The notes: generated by a model from the letters alone, not told the origin. A stretch of 63,565 nt of DNA, filler included, from Octopus bimaculoides (GCF_001194135.2; 7 parts of 6 records of this genome joined end to end with filler, not necessarily neighbours in it); one strand, 5' to 3'. Numbered from the whole stretch's first letter, positions 49,380 to 62,750 are shown. Translations and numbers: made by a program.

Positions 49380-49625
49380 NNNNNNNNNNNNNNNNNNNNN
49401 NNNNNNNNNNNNNNNNNNNNNNNNNNNNNNNNNNNNNNNNNNNNNNNNNNNNNNNNNNNNNNNNNNNNNNNNNNNNNNNNNNNNNNNNNNNNNNNNNNNN
49501 NNNNNNNNNNNNNNNNNNNNNNNNNNNNNNNNNNNNNNNNNNNNNNNNNNNNNNNNNNNNNNNNNNNNNNNNNNNNNNNNNNNNNNNNNNNNNNNNNNNN
49601 NNNNNNNNNNNAGAGAAAAATAAAA

Positions 49626-49656
<31 letters not shown>

Positions 49657-50519
49657 CAGAATGCTAAACTGAAAGCATATTTTAATATAGATGTGTATAA
49701 GGAAGATTAAAATGATTTCTAACTGGCTTTCATTGCATGTCAAATTTTCAAGAAGGGAGAAAATGAAAATAATGTTTTTTACAAAAAAAATGATATATAA
49801 AAAAATGAATATACCAATACATTATATTGTCTTTGAGCTTTTAAAGTTCAATCGTAATCCATGTAGATAATTGTTAGAAAGATTAGGATGCATGTATTTT
49901 AGATTAGTCTTATGTTTAAAAAGGCTGAGCGTTTGTGTGTCAAACAGGAAATGTGGATAAGGGGAGACAATTCTGTGGGTTTTATACTCTTTAGTTGGAG
50001 CTCTGGACTCTTTGTCAACAGGAAGTTTATGTCTGTTCTTAGAGAAACGAGAAGTAAATTTATATGTATTTCATTGGGTAGGCGAGACAAGGAAATATGG
50101 TCACCGAGGAGTTTGTATGTTAAGAAGCGTTTGAACTTTTTCTATAAAAGGCTTCTCCTTTTTGATTCTTTCTTGTGTAGAGGATATGTGTGTATATATG
50201 AGTATGTACATACACATGTTTGTGTGTGTGTATGTGTATGTTTGTGTGAATGTATATGTATCTAGACCTTGTGAACACGTCTATGTATTGTCAGAATATG
50301 GTTGCATATATTTTTTATCTTTTTCTTTTTTCGTTTTCTACCTATTAGAGTAACTTCCTTTTTATTCAATGGTTTTTTTTTTTCCATAGCGTTTGTTGCC
50401 ATTAATAGCCGATGAGAATGCATCATAGCTCTTCACTCCTACATTCGAAACTCTGACTACTATAATGACAACCTCTTACTGTTTGTTCTAAATTATAACA
50501 CACATATATATATATATAT

Positions 50520-50778
50520 ATCATCATGATCATCATGATCATCATCGTCTAACGTCCGCTTTCCATGCTAGCATGGGTTGGACAATTTGACTGAGGACTG
50601 GTGAAACCGGATGGCAACACCAGGCTCCAATCTAAATTTGGCAGAGTTTCTACAGCTGGATGCCCTTCCTAACGCCAACCACTCAGAGAGTGTAGTAGGT
50701 GCTTTTACGTGTCACCTGCACGAAGGCCAGTCAGATGATACTGGCAACGGCCATGCTCAAAATGGTGTCTTTTATGTG
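50520..50778 (-). mobile_element. Family D (RTE 3' end) copy truncated by a gap
   Basis: (cat)n cgtctaacgtccgctttccatgctagcatgggttgg... Confidence 0.75.
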
Positions 50779-50878
50779 NNNNNNNNNNNNNNNNNNNNNN
50801 NNNNNNNNNNNNNNNNNNNNNNTTAATTAATTAANNNNNNNNNNNNNNNNNNNNNNNNNNNNNNNNNNNNNNNNNNNN
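50779..50878. other. Assembly join linker
   Basis: 44N-TTAATTAATTAA-44N. Confidence 0.95.
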
Positions 50879-50961
<83 letters not shown>

Positions 50962-51454
50962 GAGACGTTAAAAATCTCTACTTCACAGTGAATTAAAACC
51001 TAATTGCGTAGTTTGAAATCTTCATAATAAAAGGAACTTAAAAAACCACATTTTGATTTTTAAAAATATGTTAAACTTGCTATTTTTAAGAATTAATCGA
51101 AACGAAGTAGATTTTAATAGTTGCTTTACATTTTCCAAATTAATTAATAAACAACTTTCTTCATTATAACTGCCCCAAAATGTCGTCGAAATATGTCGTC
51201 GCCACGTGACATAATGTCTCATTCATAGAAATGATGGTTGTGAAGCGATTTCTATTTCTGATGAGTAATATTCTAATTGTGATAAATGCAAACATTACAT
51301 TTTATTGAGAGAAAATTTATTCCATTCTCCTTTGAATATTTGAGCGAACAAATCTTTCACAAACTGTTTGTTTCGTATCTCGGGCATTCATCTTCTTTGA
51401 GCCATTGTTGGTAGAGTTTCTTCCAAAAATATTATCTATCTGTCTGCCTCTCTC

Positions 51455-51521
<67 letters not shown>

Positions 51522-51589
51522 TCACCGTATTTCTTCCACTCAATCTCCCTCTGCCTGTCTGTCTCTATATCCTCTTTCTTTTTCTCTCC

Positions 51590-51643
<54 letters not shown>

Positions 51644-53291
51644 CAAAATTTCCCACTGAAATATAAAACCAAGATTGACAAACAAAGAAGAATTTCACAG
51701 TCTAATGATAGCATCAAAGAGATCGATAATATATTTGGGTTAGCACCGGTGGTGGTGGTGATGGTGGTGGTGGTGGTCGTCGTGGTGGAAGCGGCGGCGG
51801 TGACGGAGGGGGCGTAGTTGTGGCGGTGGTAATGATGGTGATGACAGCGGCCTGTTACGCTCTTTTAGCCTCTTATTTTCAGACTGTGGCCAAGCTGTAG
51901 CACCCCTTTCAAATCCATCGACACCTGTAGTCGTCACATCGACCACGAAAGAATGAAAGGTAAACTAGACTTGATCAGGATTTGATCCTAGAATGTCGAG
52001 GACTATAAATTATACAACACACCGCTAATTCAGAACATTATTTTGAATATTCTCGAACATTCGATCAGTTCCTCCTACGTTTAATGACAATAGACGTTCC
52101 AACTGTGACCACCTGTTTATTTTATCGGACATCTAACATTACATTATTTCATACGGACTTCCTTTTAAGGTGCTAACAAGTGATTTGAGGGAGATTTAGC
52201 TGCTATTTCTTCAGTTCAGTTTATTAGTAGTGAGTCTAAATGGCAGGGGAAGTATCAGAATCGGTAGAGCATCGTAGAAAAAGTCTATTGCGGTATTTAG
52301 TTATGTCCTTTTACTTTCTGTGTTCAAACCCGCCTTTGTCGAATTTTCCTTTCATGTTTCCGGTTCAAAAAATAAATACCAGTGAAGCACTAGGAAGTGG
52401 GATCAAATCATCTGTCCTCCCTCTCCCCCCCCCCTCTCCTCCTCTCCCCCACCAATATGTGTGGCCTTGTCACTGAGTAAGAACTTAAATATCAACGTTG
52501 TTATGTATTCTAGCACACAAACAAATGCGTCTATATACACACAAACAAATGCGTGTATATATACACATATACATATACAAATACATACACACATGCATAT
52601 ACAAATGCACATACACACACACACACACACACACAAACAGACAATATGAAGAGACATATTCCATGCGACATTTTGAAATCCCTTATCTTGACATTTTCTC
52701 ATGTGTAACCTATCGGGTCACCTGAACTTAAAACCCCAAATATAAACACTCTGTCAGGCCTCGTTATCTCCTATAATTTGGTCCTTCCTCTTCTTTTCCC
52801 TGTTCTCTTAATCTTCTTCTTCTTCTTCTTGCTGCCGTATGAGTAACCCTTTGTTTGAACAATACAGCAACAACCTGTTCGTTGAATTAGCATGCAAAGT
52901 TGGTTGAATATTCCACAGACATGTCGTATCTTTAAAGTTATTCTCAGGTGGGACCAACATGATGTAAGGTGCTGACTGTCAGTTTCCTATCGAGACCTCA
53001 AAATCGGGATCACTGAGAAATGGGCCCCGTGAGATGGAGGGTGGCTGCTGCAGCGAGTGTCGCTCGCCATTCTCCGCTATCACGATCATGTCACAGCTGA
53101 ATGCACCACTTGTTTTGGGGGGTGTACAACCCGTTTCTCCCTATCTCCACCCCATTTTCTGCTGTTTAAGCCCATCGCCTTTTTTCCGCTTCTTGTTTCC
53201 TTGTAATTAAATCGTAATTCAATCTGTATGTAAATAACATCTTTCGATGATAATTAGATCGAAAAATTTTGAGTTATTTTCAAGTCAGTTG

Positions 53292-53432
53292 ACGGGGTTC
53301 GGCAAAAGAGACCGATAGAATAAGTACTAGGCTTACAAAGAATAAGTCCTGGGGTTGATTAGTTCGACTAAAGGCGGTGCTCCAGCATGGCCGCAGTCAA
53401 ATGATTGAAGCAAGTAAAAGAATAAAAGAATA
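53292..53432 (+). mobile_element. SINE family A, 3' part (CpG intact)
   Basis: ggttcggcaaaagagaccgatag...ggcggtgctccagcatggccgcagtc...aagtaaaagaataaaaga. Confidence 0.85.
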
Positions 53433-54167
53433 TTCGCTAATGAGATATTTTTCACTTTTACCATTTTAAAAACAAAATGGAGATGAATTGATTAGTTTTG
53501 TTTAAACGAGGGGTACTCAACCACTTGTTGCCGATGGACTCCTTTCATTCGCATTCAACATGGCTCAACCCTCAGAATCAATCAAAGTTCAAAGGATTTT
53601 ATTATTATACTTTTATATTTAGATATTATTAGGAAATGTGTAAAAATATGTTGAAATATTTTGGGTACTCTAGAAGCATAACCAATTTATTGAAGACAAA
53701 TTTCAACGGCAGAATCTTGTGGACCCAAGGGTCATACAGATCCTGGACGAGACCTTCTGCTTTAAATAAAAGGAAACGGAATTTATTCTCAAATTCTTTT
53801 CGTGTGTCATAAAGATTAAACTTTCAGTAGGAGTTCAACATTGCCTTCTTGGGACATTCTGGGGACATTCTTGGGACCTTCGCTGTTATTGTAAGTTTTT
53901 GCAGATCCCTCTTTCATTACCCTCTTCTTCTTCTTCTTCTTCTTCTTCTTCTTCTTCTTGTCCTCATCCTCGCGGAGGTTCATGTTTTTATCAATGTTAC
54001 TTCAATGGGCAAGACATCCAACAAGTTACAGTGCTTTTTCTCCTCCTCCTCTTTCTCCTCAACCTCATCACCCGCATCATCATCACCATCACCATCATCA
54101 TCATCAGCATCTCAGTGCCCTTCGCAGCACTTTACTCTTATCACACCCATCACAACATAACAACACA

Positions 54168-54212
<45 letters not shown>

Positions 54213-54949
54213 CGCATCCAAACAAGGACACCACAACATCATCACACCCCACACCCCACCACATCCCATCCCAGACTACCACACGCCATACCCACTCCCC
54301 ACCACCATNNNNNNNNNNNNNNNNNNNNNNNNNNNNNNNNNNNNNNNNNNNNNNNNNNNNNNNNNNNNNNNNNNNNNNNNNNNNNNNNNNNNNNNNNNNN
54401 NNNNNNNNNNNNNNNNNNNNNNNNNNNNNNNNNNNNNNNNNNNNNNNNNNNNNNNNNNNNNNNNNNNNNNNNNNNNNNNNNNNNNNNNNNNNNNNNNNNN
54501 NNNNNNNNNNNNNNNNNNNNNNNNNNNNNNNNNNNNNNNNNNNNNNNNNNNNNNNNNNNNNNNNNNNNNNNNNNNNNNNNNNNNNNNNNNNNNNNNNNNN
54601 NNNNNNNNNNNNNNNNNNNNNNNNNNNNNNNNNNNNNNNNNNNNNNNNNNNNNNNNNNNNNNNNNNNNNNNNNNNNNNNNNNNNACACACATATAATCAT
54701 ATACATAATATATACTTGTGTGTGTCTTTATTAAGTTATTAATTTCTATCAACAACATAATTTTGCTCGCCTGTCAACTTATCGGCCATCATTCCCACTA
54801 CCACCAGCACCACCACCTCCACCACCACTACTACCACCCCCACCACCACAATCACCTCCGCCACAAGCACCACCACCTCCATAAACACTACCACCACTAC
54901 TACTACGAGTAATAATGTAGTAAAGATTGCTTGCCAACATAACATGGCA

Positions 54950-55275
54950 GTCCTGGTTTAGGACGAATGTTACTGTAATTTAGCCCCAGGAGACATCGTC
55001 TCCACTTGGCAAGAAGACACGATCTGTGTGACCGATCAGATGTTGTTATACATCGCTGGACACAATGCATTTCACATCGTTTTAACTTTCGAATGACGTC
55101 ACCCCACCCCGCTGGCTAGGCAAGCAGGCAGGCCAGCATTCCCCCACCCTGATTGGAAGGCTTTTCCATCGCAGGGAGACCCATTTAACAGCTGAGAGGA
55201 CTGGAGCAATGTGGAATGAAGTGTTTTGCTCAAGAACGCAACGCGCTGCCCAGTCCGGGCATCGAACACACGATC
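54950..55275 (-). mobile_element. SINE family B-related copy
   Basis: Reverse complement of a tRNA-like head (tcgtgtgttcgatgcccgg) and cttgagcaaaacacttcattccacattgctccagtc. Confidence 0.65.
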
Positions 55276-56697
55276 TACTGATCCACTGGGCCTAGCACCT
55301 TCATGCATTATGCATGTAATAATTAAATTGTATATGATGCCGTTTATTGTGTTTTGTTATGCGTGTGATTCGTGGGTCGAGGGCCAAATTGTCTTGCATG
55401 AAACCGGCCCACGGTGGCCTCGAAATAAATTGTTCTTGGACCGCTGGTCTAAATGAATTATTTCGTCGATGTGGCTTGTTTCGGGATATAGAAAGGGTGG
55501 TTGGTATTCCTTGGTGATGCGAGTGTTTAATTGGCGATATACACCCAGAAAAAGAGGAGATCGTTAGGATGGTAAGGCCGTGGGGGATCAGTCTTTTGCA
55601 GCCCCTCCCCTCAAACAGTGCACAAAAGAAAATACGAGGAGAAACACATAGACACGCTGATACATACACATATACACACTGGTACATATAGACAAAGATA
55701 CATGTTCAAATAGATACATATATACACACGCACACGCACATATACATACATAAAAATACAGACATGCAGACTATTATAAGCTTTTACACACACAGAATGA
55801 CTTTGGTCTGAGAAACTCGAAAACACGCAAATTCTTGCATACATACATATATATACACACATATAAACATACAAACACAGACGCAGAGAAGCACATGAGA
55901 CGCTGAAAGAAGAGACGGAGAGGGGTGTGGGGTGAGTTGGACCAGCCTGTGGCCTCTAGAGGTTTGTCGGGTTTGTAAAGAGTTTGGAAGTCGGAAGCTT
56001 TTCTAAAGAGGAGAGTCAGTGGTGGGTTGAGGAAGGAATTAAGAGAGAGGAGGAAAAGAGGGAGAGAGAGGGAGGGACGAAGAAAGGGACAGAGAGGGTG
56101 TGTGTGGGTGGGAAGTTTGGTCATGGTTGGATAGTGACGTCATCGTTTCTATGGTGGAACATGGAGGGCATATGGATAGAAGGAGAGAGAGAGAGAGAGA
56201 GGGAGAAGAAGAAGAAGAAGAAGAAGAAGAAGAAGAAGAAGAAGAAGAAGAAGAAGAANNNNNNNNNNNNNNNNNNNNNNNNNNNNNNNNNNNNNNNNNN
56301 NNNNNNNNNNNNNNNNNNNNNNNNNNNNNNNNNNNNNNNNNNNNNNNNNNNNNNNNNNNNNNNNNNNNNNNNNNNNNNNNNNNNNNNNNNNNNNNNNNNN
56401 NNNNNNNNNNNNNNNNNNNNNNNNNNNNNNNNNNNNNNNNNNNNNNNNNNNNNNNNNNNNNNNNNNNNNNNNNNNNNNNNNNNNNNNNNNNNNNNNNNNN
56501 NNNNNNNNNNNNNNNNNNNNNNNNNNNAAAGAAATACTTTTGCATTGAAATGTTTTTTGCTCAAATGAAAAGCGACTTTCAATGGAAGATGACGATGATG
56601 ATGATGGTGGTGGTGGTGGTGGTGGTGGGGGTAGTAGTGATGCACTCCGGGCAAAATGCTTAGCGATATTTCGTCCGTCTTCACGTTCTGAATTCAA

Positions 56698-56741
<44 letters not shown>

Positions 56742-56859
56742 CGGGCGCATGCCTTAGTGGTTAGGGTGTCGCACTCACGATATAGCGATCGCGATTTCAA
56801 TTCCTAGACCGGGTGGTGCGTTGTGTTCTTGAGCAAGGCTCTTCTAGCTCGCTGTCCTT

Positions 56860-57100
56860 AGAAGTACTGACATGAGAACTCATACCTACTTCAAACCAAT
56901 AGACTCAAAGCAATATCTGCTTTTTGTTTCTGCCATCCACAAACATACGAAAATAAATCTACTTTTTAACCCGACAAAAACAAGTCCACAGAATTGTACC
57001 CATCCCGAAATCTGGAAGAAACTACTTCAAGAATTTAAACATGTCGCTCGAAAGACGATACCCAGTTACTTTCATCAATGACGCAACAGAACTTGCCAAA
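56860..57100 (+). mobile_element. Penelope-like element, RT C-terminal relic
   Basis: THTYFKPIDSKQYLLFVSAIHKHTKINL matches the PLE post-RT motif YxKPTDxxQYLxFxSxHPxHxKxxI as I recall it. Confidence 0.7.
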
Positions 57101-57215
57101 AATAAAAAAATTAAAATTTAGGCGCCGGAGTGGCTGTGTGGAAAGTAGCTTGCTTACCAATCATATGGTTCCGGGTTCAGTCCCACTGCTCGAGCCGACT
57201 AAAACCTTCTGAAAG

Positions 57216-57480
57216 TACAAAGTAAACTATAAAATTGAAGGAAAACAGAGCAAAATTGCAGTTTTACCTTGTATTTCTCTATTTCGGGGTGAAGACCTCT
57301 TCTTCAGGATATTCGGAAAAAACAGTGGTTGGAAAATGTTCGTTGCTGAGCGACAAACGTTTTCCAACCACTGTTTTTTCCGAATATCCTGAAGAAGAGA
57401 TCTTCACCCCGAAACATAAAAATACAAGGTAAAACTGCAATTTTGTTCTGTTTTCCTTCAATTTTATAGTTTACTTTGTA
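57216..57480. repeat. 265-bp near-perfect palindrome with PLE-type CTGAAGA...GAAAC cores
   Basis: Arms of about 125 bp with only a few mismatches; centre tcgttgctgagcgacaaacg. It follows a truncated SINE A head (57121-57205). Confidence 0.93.
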
Positions 57481-58518
57481 ACTTCTCACATTGTTCCGGT
57501 TTTACAAAACTACATTCTTTAAATTATATATACATACATACACACATGTATANNNNNNNNNNNNNNNNNNNNNNNNNNNNNNNNNNNNNNNNNNNNNNNN
57601 NNNNNNNNNNNNNNNNNNNNNNNNNNNNNNNNNNNNNNNNNNNNNNNNNNNNNNNNNNNNNNNNNNNNNNNNNNNNNNNNNNNNNNNNNNNNNNNNNNNN
57701 NNNNNNNNNNNNNNNNNNNNNNNNNNNNNNNNNNNNNNNNNNNNNNNNNNNNNNNNNNNNNNNNNNNNNNNNNNNNNNNNNNNNNNNNNNNNNNNNNNNN
57801 NNNNNNNNNNNNNNNNNNNNNNNNNNNNNNNNNNNNNNNNNNNNNNNNNNNNNNNNNNNNNNNNNNNNNNNNNNNNNNNNNNNNNNNNNNNNNNNNNNNN
57901 NNNNNNNNNNNNNNNNNNNNNNNNNNNNNNNNNNNNNNNNNNNNNNNNNNNNNNNNNNNNNNNNNNNNNNNNNNNNNNNNNNNNNNNNNNNNNNNNNNNN
58001 NNNNNNNNNNNNNNNNNNNNNNNNNNNNNNNNNNNNNNNNNNNNNNATATATATAAATGCTAGAACAATTTCAATATTTCCTTGTTTAAAGTTCAGGATG
58101 GTCTGCTAACTGTATTTGAACTCGCAACCTCTGAACTTTCTTCCTACTTGATATTTAACAATATTGGACATAACACTGACATATTAAATTATATGACAAC
58201 ATAATGACACGTTGTTGTCTCGGCATCAAACAACACCACCATCCCACTGCAAGTACTGGTGGCGGTGGCGGAGGTGGTGGTGGTGGTCGTCGTCGTGGTG
58301 GTGGTGGGTGTTGTTATCAGGTGACGGTGTGGTCTTCAAGGTAAAGGAATGCATGAATGTGTTTGTTCTGTTATGGTGTTGTTGTTTGTGCTGTTGTTGT
58401 TGTTATCTTTTAGTCAATGAGACCCCTAATCCATCAGCTACAAGATCAAAGACGTTCCAAGAAGTGGTGGTGGTCATCATCGTCATGTTGATTTTGACAG
58501 TGATACAGTTGTTGCTGC

Positions 58519-58561
<43 letters not shown>

Positions 58562-58939
58562 GATATTGGCGGTGGTGGTGGCGGTGGTGGAGGCAGCGGC
58601 TGTGGTGTTGTTGTTGTTTGTGGTATTGATGATGGTGGTTTTGTTATGGTGGTCAGTGTTGATCAACGACTCTCTAAATTCCCCTCGAACGTTAGACACC
58701 AAAACACTGCCACCTGACACTACAGCTCCATCTGGTGGCCGCCCTTGTCAGTATTTCTACCTGGAAACTATTAGGACGAAACAATGGCAACATCATTTGA
58801 GCGTCATGCAAATACCTTGCGGTAATCGTTCCCTCGCTTTGCATTCTGTTCTCAGTTCGAATTCTGCCGAGACCAACTTAGATTTTCATTCCTCTTGGGT
58901 CGACAAATAAATGACCAATCGAAAATTGAAGCTGTCTCT

Positions 58940-59000
<61 letters not shown>

Positions 59001-59100
59001 NNNNNNNNNNNNNNNNNNNNNNNNNNNNNNNNNNNNNNNNNNNNTTAATTAATTAANNNNNNNNNNNNNNNNNNNNNNNNNNNNNNNNNNNNNNNNNNNN
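59001..59100. other. Assembly join linker
   Basis: 44N-TTAATTAATTAA-44N. Confidence 0.95.
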
Positions 59101-59175
<75 letters not shown>

Positions 59176-59238
59176 TATTATTATTATCATAATTATTATT
59201 ATTATTATTATTATTACTATTATTATTATTATTATTAC

Positions 59239-59274
<36 letters not shown>

Positions 59275-59292
59275 TATTATTATTATTATTAC

Positions 59293-59334
<42 letters not shown>

Positions 59335-59521
59335 CATTATTATTTAGAATCCTTTTTTTTCTGTCTCTTTCCTCTCTATTGTTGCTAATCTCACACGTTC
59401 TTTTCCACTCATTCATTCCATTCTCATTCTTTGTTGTTTTTGGGTTTTTTTTTATTGTTCCTTCTGTTTCTTTTTGTTCCTTTCTTCCTTTCTTCTTCTT
59501 TGCTTTAATATTTCAACGATC

Positions 59522-59556
<35 letters not shown>

Positions 59557-59564
59557 ACTCTCTT

Positions 59565-59614
<50 letters not shown>

Positions 59615-59626
59615 TATCTCTCTCTT

Positions 59627-59678
<52 letters not shown>

Positions 59679-59840
59679 ACTCACATTCTTTCTTCTTTTC
59701 TCTTCCTTGTTCACTCTCTTCCTCTCCCTTCACTCGTTTTCTATTCGTCTTTTCTCCTTCTTTGCCTCATCCCTCTTCCTTTCTCTCTCCCCTTCTCTCT
59801 CTCTTTCCGTCTCCCTCTTTCTCTCTCTTTTTTCCTTCTC
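59101..59840. repeat. Long (TAT)n followed by (CT)n low-complexity tract
   Basis: Directly visible; source of the poly-N/I and SLSL ORFs. Confidence 0.95.
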
Positions 59841-60262
59841 TCGATCTTCTAAAATCTCCATTATATTTTAGTCTTTTTTTTTCTTTTCCAAGGCAATTTA
59901 CTCCACAATTTGTTCAAGTCATTGTCATCTTCGTCGTCATCATCATCGTCATCATTTTTATTGTTATCATTGTTGTTGTTGTTACAATTTTACCCCCCCC
60001 CCGCCTCCCGCATAATTTTTTATCTTTAAACATTTGGCAAAATTGTCATTATGTCTTGTCAGACTTTACTTTCCTCCATATTGCCCTTTTCCTTCATTCA
60101 ATTTCTATTTTTACCGTTCTTTACTCTTTCTTCTCTTCTTTCGTTCTTTCTTTCTTTCTTTTTAGATTCTCTTTCAATTTATATTGATCTTACACTTCAT
60201 GTCTTTCTTAACGTTTCTATCTGTCTGTCTCCTGTCTGTCTGTCTGCCAGTCTACCTGTCTG

Positions 60263-60313
<51 letters not shown>

Positions 60314-60694
60314 GTCTATCTATCTATCTATATTTGTATATATATGTATATATANNNNNNNNNNNNNNNNNNNNNNNNNNNNNNNNNNNNNNNNNNNNNN
60401 NNNNNNNNNNNNNNNNNNNNNNNNNNNNNNNNNNNNNNNNNNNNNNNNNNNNNNNNNNNNNNNNNNNNNNNNNNNNNNNNNNNNNNNNNNNNNNNNNNNN
60501 NNNNNNNNNNNNNNNNNNNNNNNNNNNNNNNNNNNNNNNNNNNNNNNNNNNNNNNNNNNNNNNNNNNNNNNNNNNNNNNNNNNNNNNNNNNNNNNNNNNN
60601 NNNNNNNNNNNNNNNNNNNNNNNNNNNNNNNNNNNNNNNNNNNNNNNNNNNNNNNNNNNNNNNNNNNNNNNNNNNNNNNNNNNNNNNNNNNNNN

Positions 60695-60767
<73 letters not shown>

Positions 60768-61660
60768 GTATATATATATATTTATGTATGTATGTACGTA
60801 TGTATATATGTATGTATTGATCATTTAGCTTACTTTACCTAGCCATCGTGTAAATTGATTCTCGTTCACGTATTTTTCAGTTTCCTTTCTTTCTTTCTTC
60901 CTTCTTATCCTCTTTTCCCGCTTCCTCTCTTTCTTTCATTTTAGATTTTTTCGCTTTCTTTTTACAATTTCTTGTTCCCCATTTACGAAAGCACAATTCT
61001 ATTTGACAAGAAAGCAAAGCGACGGAGTAAAGATGACACTGGCTCAGACTGTGTTAGGAAATTCTGAGCGAACGGAGGAGATTGACTTGATGTAAGAGGG
61101 AGAGAGAGAGGGATAAAGAGAGAATGAATGGGAGAGTCGGAGGGAATGAGAGACAAAGAGAAACAGATGGTGAGAGAGACGGAGGGGGAGAGAGAAAGAG
61201 AGAGACAGCGAAAGAGTGGGGGAGTAGCAAAGAGGATGATGCTAAAATATAGATTAAAAAAATGGCGACGATGAGGAAGCAAAGAGAAAAATAGCGGCAG
61301 AGGTCAAAAAAAGAAAAAGAAAAAAGAAAGGAATTAGGGAAAGATTAGACGTGTTGATAGGTAGCTAAGTACATCTATCTATCTATATATCTATCTATAT
61401 ATATATATACATACATACATACATATATACACACATGAATGCATGAGTGGATATATATATATATATATATATATATGTATACACACACACACACACATAC
61501 ACACACACACACATATATATATACATAAACGTACGCGTGTGCGTGTGTATAATTAAATAGGCTTGTCTCTGGAGTGTCTATCCGTCTTACTCTCTGTACG
61601 TGTAAATGTGTGCGTATATACAATGATATATGTATGTATGTATGCATGTATGTATATATG

Positions 61661-61699
<39 letters not shown>

Positions 61700-61799
61700 N
61701 NNNNNNNNNNNNNNNNNNNNNNNNNNNNNNNNNNNNNNNNNNNTTAATTAATTAANNNNNNNNNNNNNNNNNNNNNNNNNNNNNNNNNNNNNNNNNNNN
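61700..61799. other. Assembly join linker
   Basis: 44N-TTAATTAATTAA-44N. Confidence 0.95.
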
Positions 61800-61800
61800 A

Positions 61801-62125
61801 AAATAAGTACCAGATGAGCATTGGGATTAATGTAATCGACTTAACCCCTCATCGAAACTTGCTGGTCTTGTGGCAAAACTCGAAACCATTATTATTATTA
61901 TCATTAAGCCTGCAAGCTGGCAGAATCGTTAGCATGCCGGTGAAAATGCTTGGTGCGATTTCGTCCGTCACTACGTTTCGTGTTCAAATTCCACAGAGGT
62001 CGACTTTGCCCTTCATCCTTTCAGCGTCGATTAAATAAGTACCAGTTACGCATTGGGGTCGATGTAATCGACTTACACCGTCCCTCAAAATTGCTGGCCT
62101 TGTGCCAAAATTTGAAACCATTATT
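61801..62125 (+). mobile_element. Tandem SINE family C copies
   Basis: Partial copy at 61801-61890, then aagctggcagaatcgttagcatgccgg...gtcgactttgcccttcatcc...aaaatttgaaaccatt. Confidence 0.8.
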
Positions 62126-62154
62126 TAGGTTGTAAGCTGGCAGAATCATTAACG

Positions 62155-62540
62155 TAAGAGTGGCTGTGTGGTAAGTAGCTTGCTCACCAACCACATGGTT
62201 CCGGGTTCAGTCCCAACTGCGTGGCACCTTGGGCAAGTGTCTTCTACTATAGCCTCGGACCGACCAAAGCCTTGTGAGTGGATTTGGTAGACGGAAACTG
62301 AAAGAAGCCCGTCGTATATATGTATATTTATATATATATGTATGTGTGTGTATATGTTTGTGTGTCTGTGTTTGTCCCCCCAACATCGCTTGACAACTGA
62401 TGCTGGTGCGTTTACGTCCCCGAAACATAGCGGTTCGGCAAAAATACCAGATGGAATAAGTACTAGGCTTCCAAAGAATAAGTCCTGGGGTCGATTTGCT
62501 CGACTAAATGCAGTGCTCCAGCATGGCCGCAGTCAAATGA
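62155..62540 (+). mobile_element. SINE family A, near full length, CpG intact
   Basis: Closest to the consensus; retains CG sites that are decayed in the 9-50 kb copies. Confidence 0.88.
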
Positions 62541-62559
62541 CTGAAACAAGTAAAAGAGT

Positions 62560-62750
62560 ATGCTGGTCAAAATGCTTAGCGCCATTTGGTCTGTCACAAC
62601 GTTTCGTGTTCGAATTCCGCCGCGGTCGACTTTTCCTTTCATCCTTTTGGAGTTGATAAAATAAGAACCAGTTGACTTCTGGGTCGATGTAATCAACTAA
62701 GCCCCTCACCGTAATTCCTGACCTTGTGTCAAACGTTGAAACCCTTATTA
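62560..62750 (+). mobile_element. SINE family C copy
   Basis: aaaatgcttagcgccatt...cgcggtcgacttttcctttcatcc...gtcgatgtaatc. Confidence 0.75.

Noticed and set aside
55301-55620. Non-repetitive-looking minus-strand ORF (part of 55301..55687)
   Set aside because: It starts in a microsatellite, has no recognisable domain and overlaps hAT-MITE-like terminal sequence (cagcggtcc).
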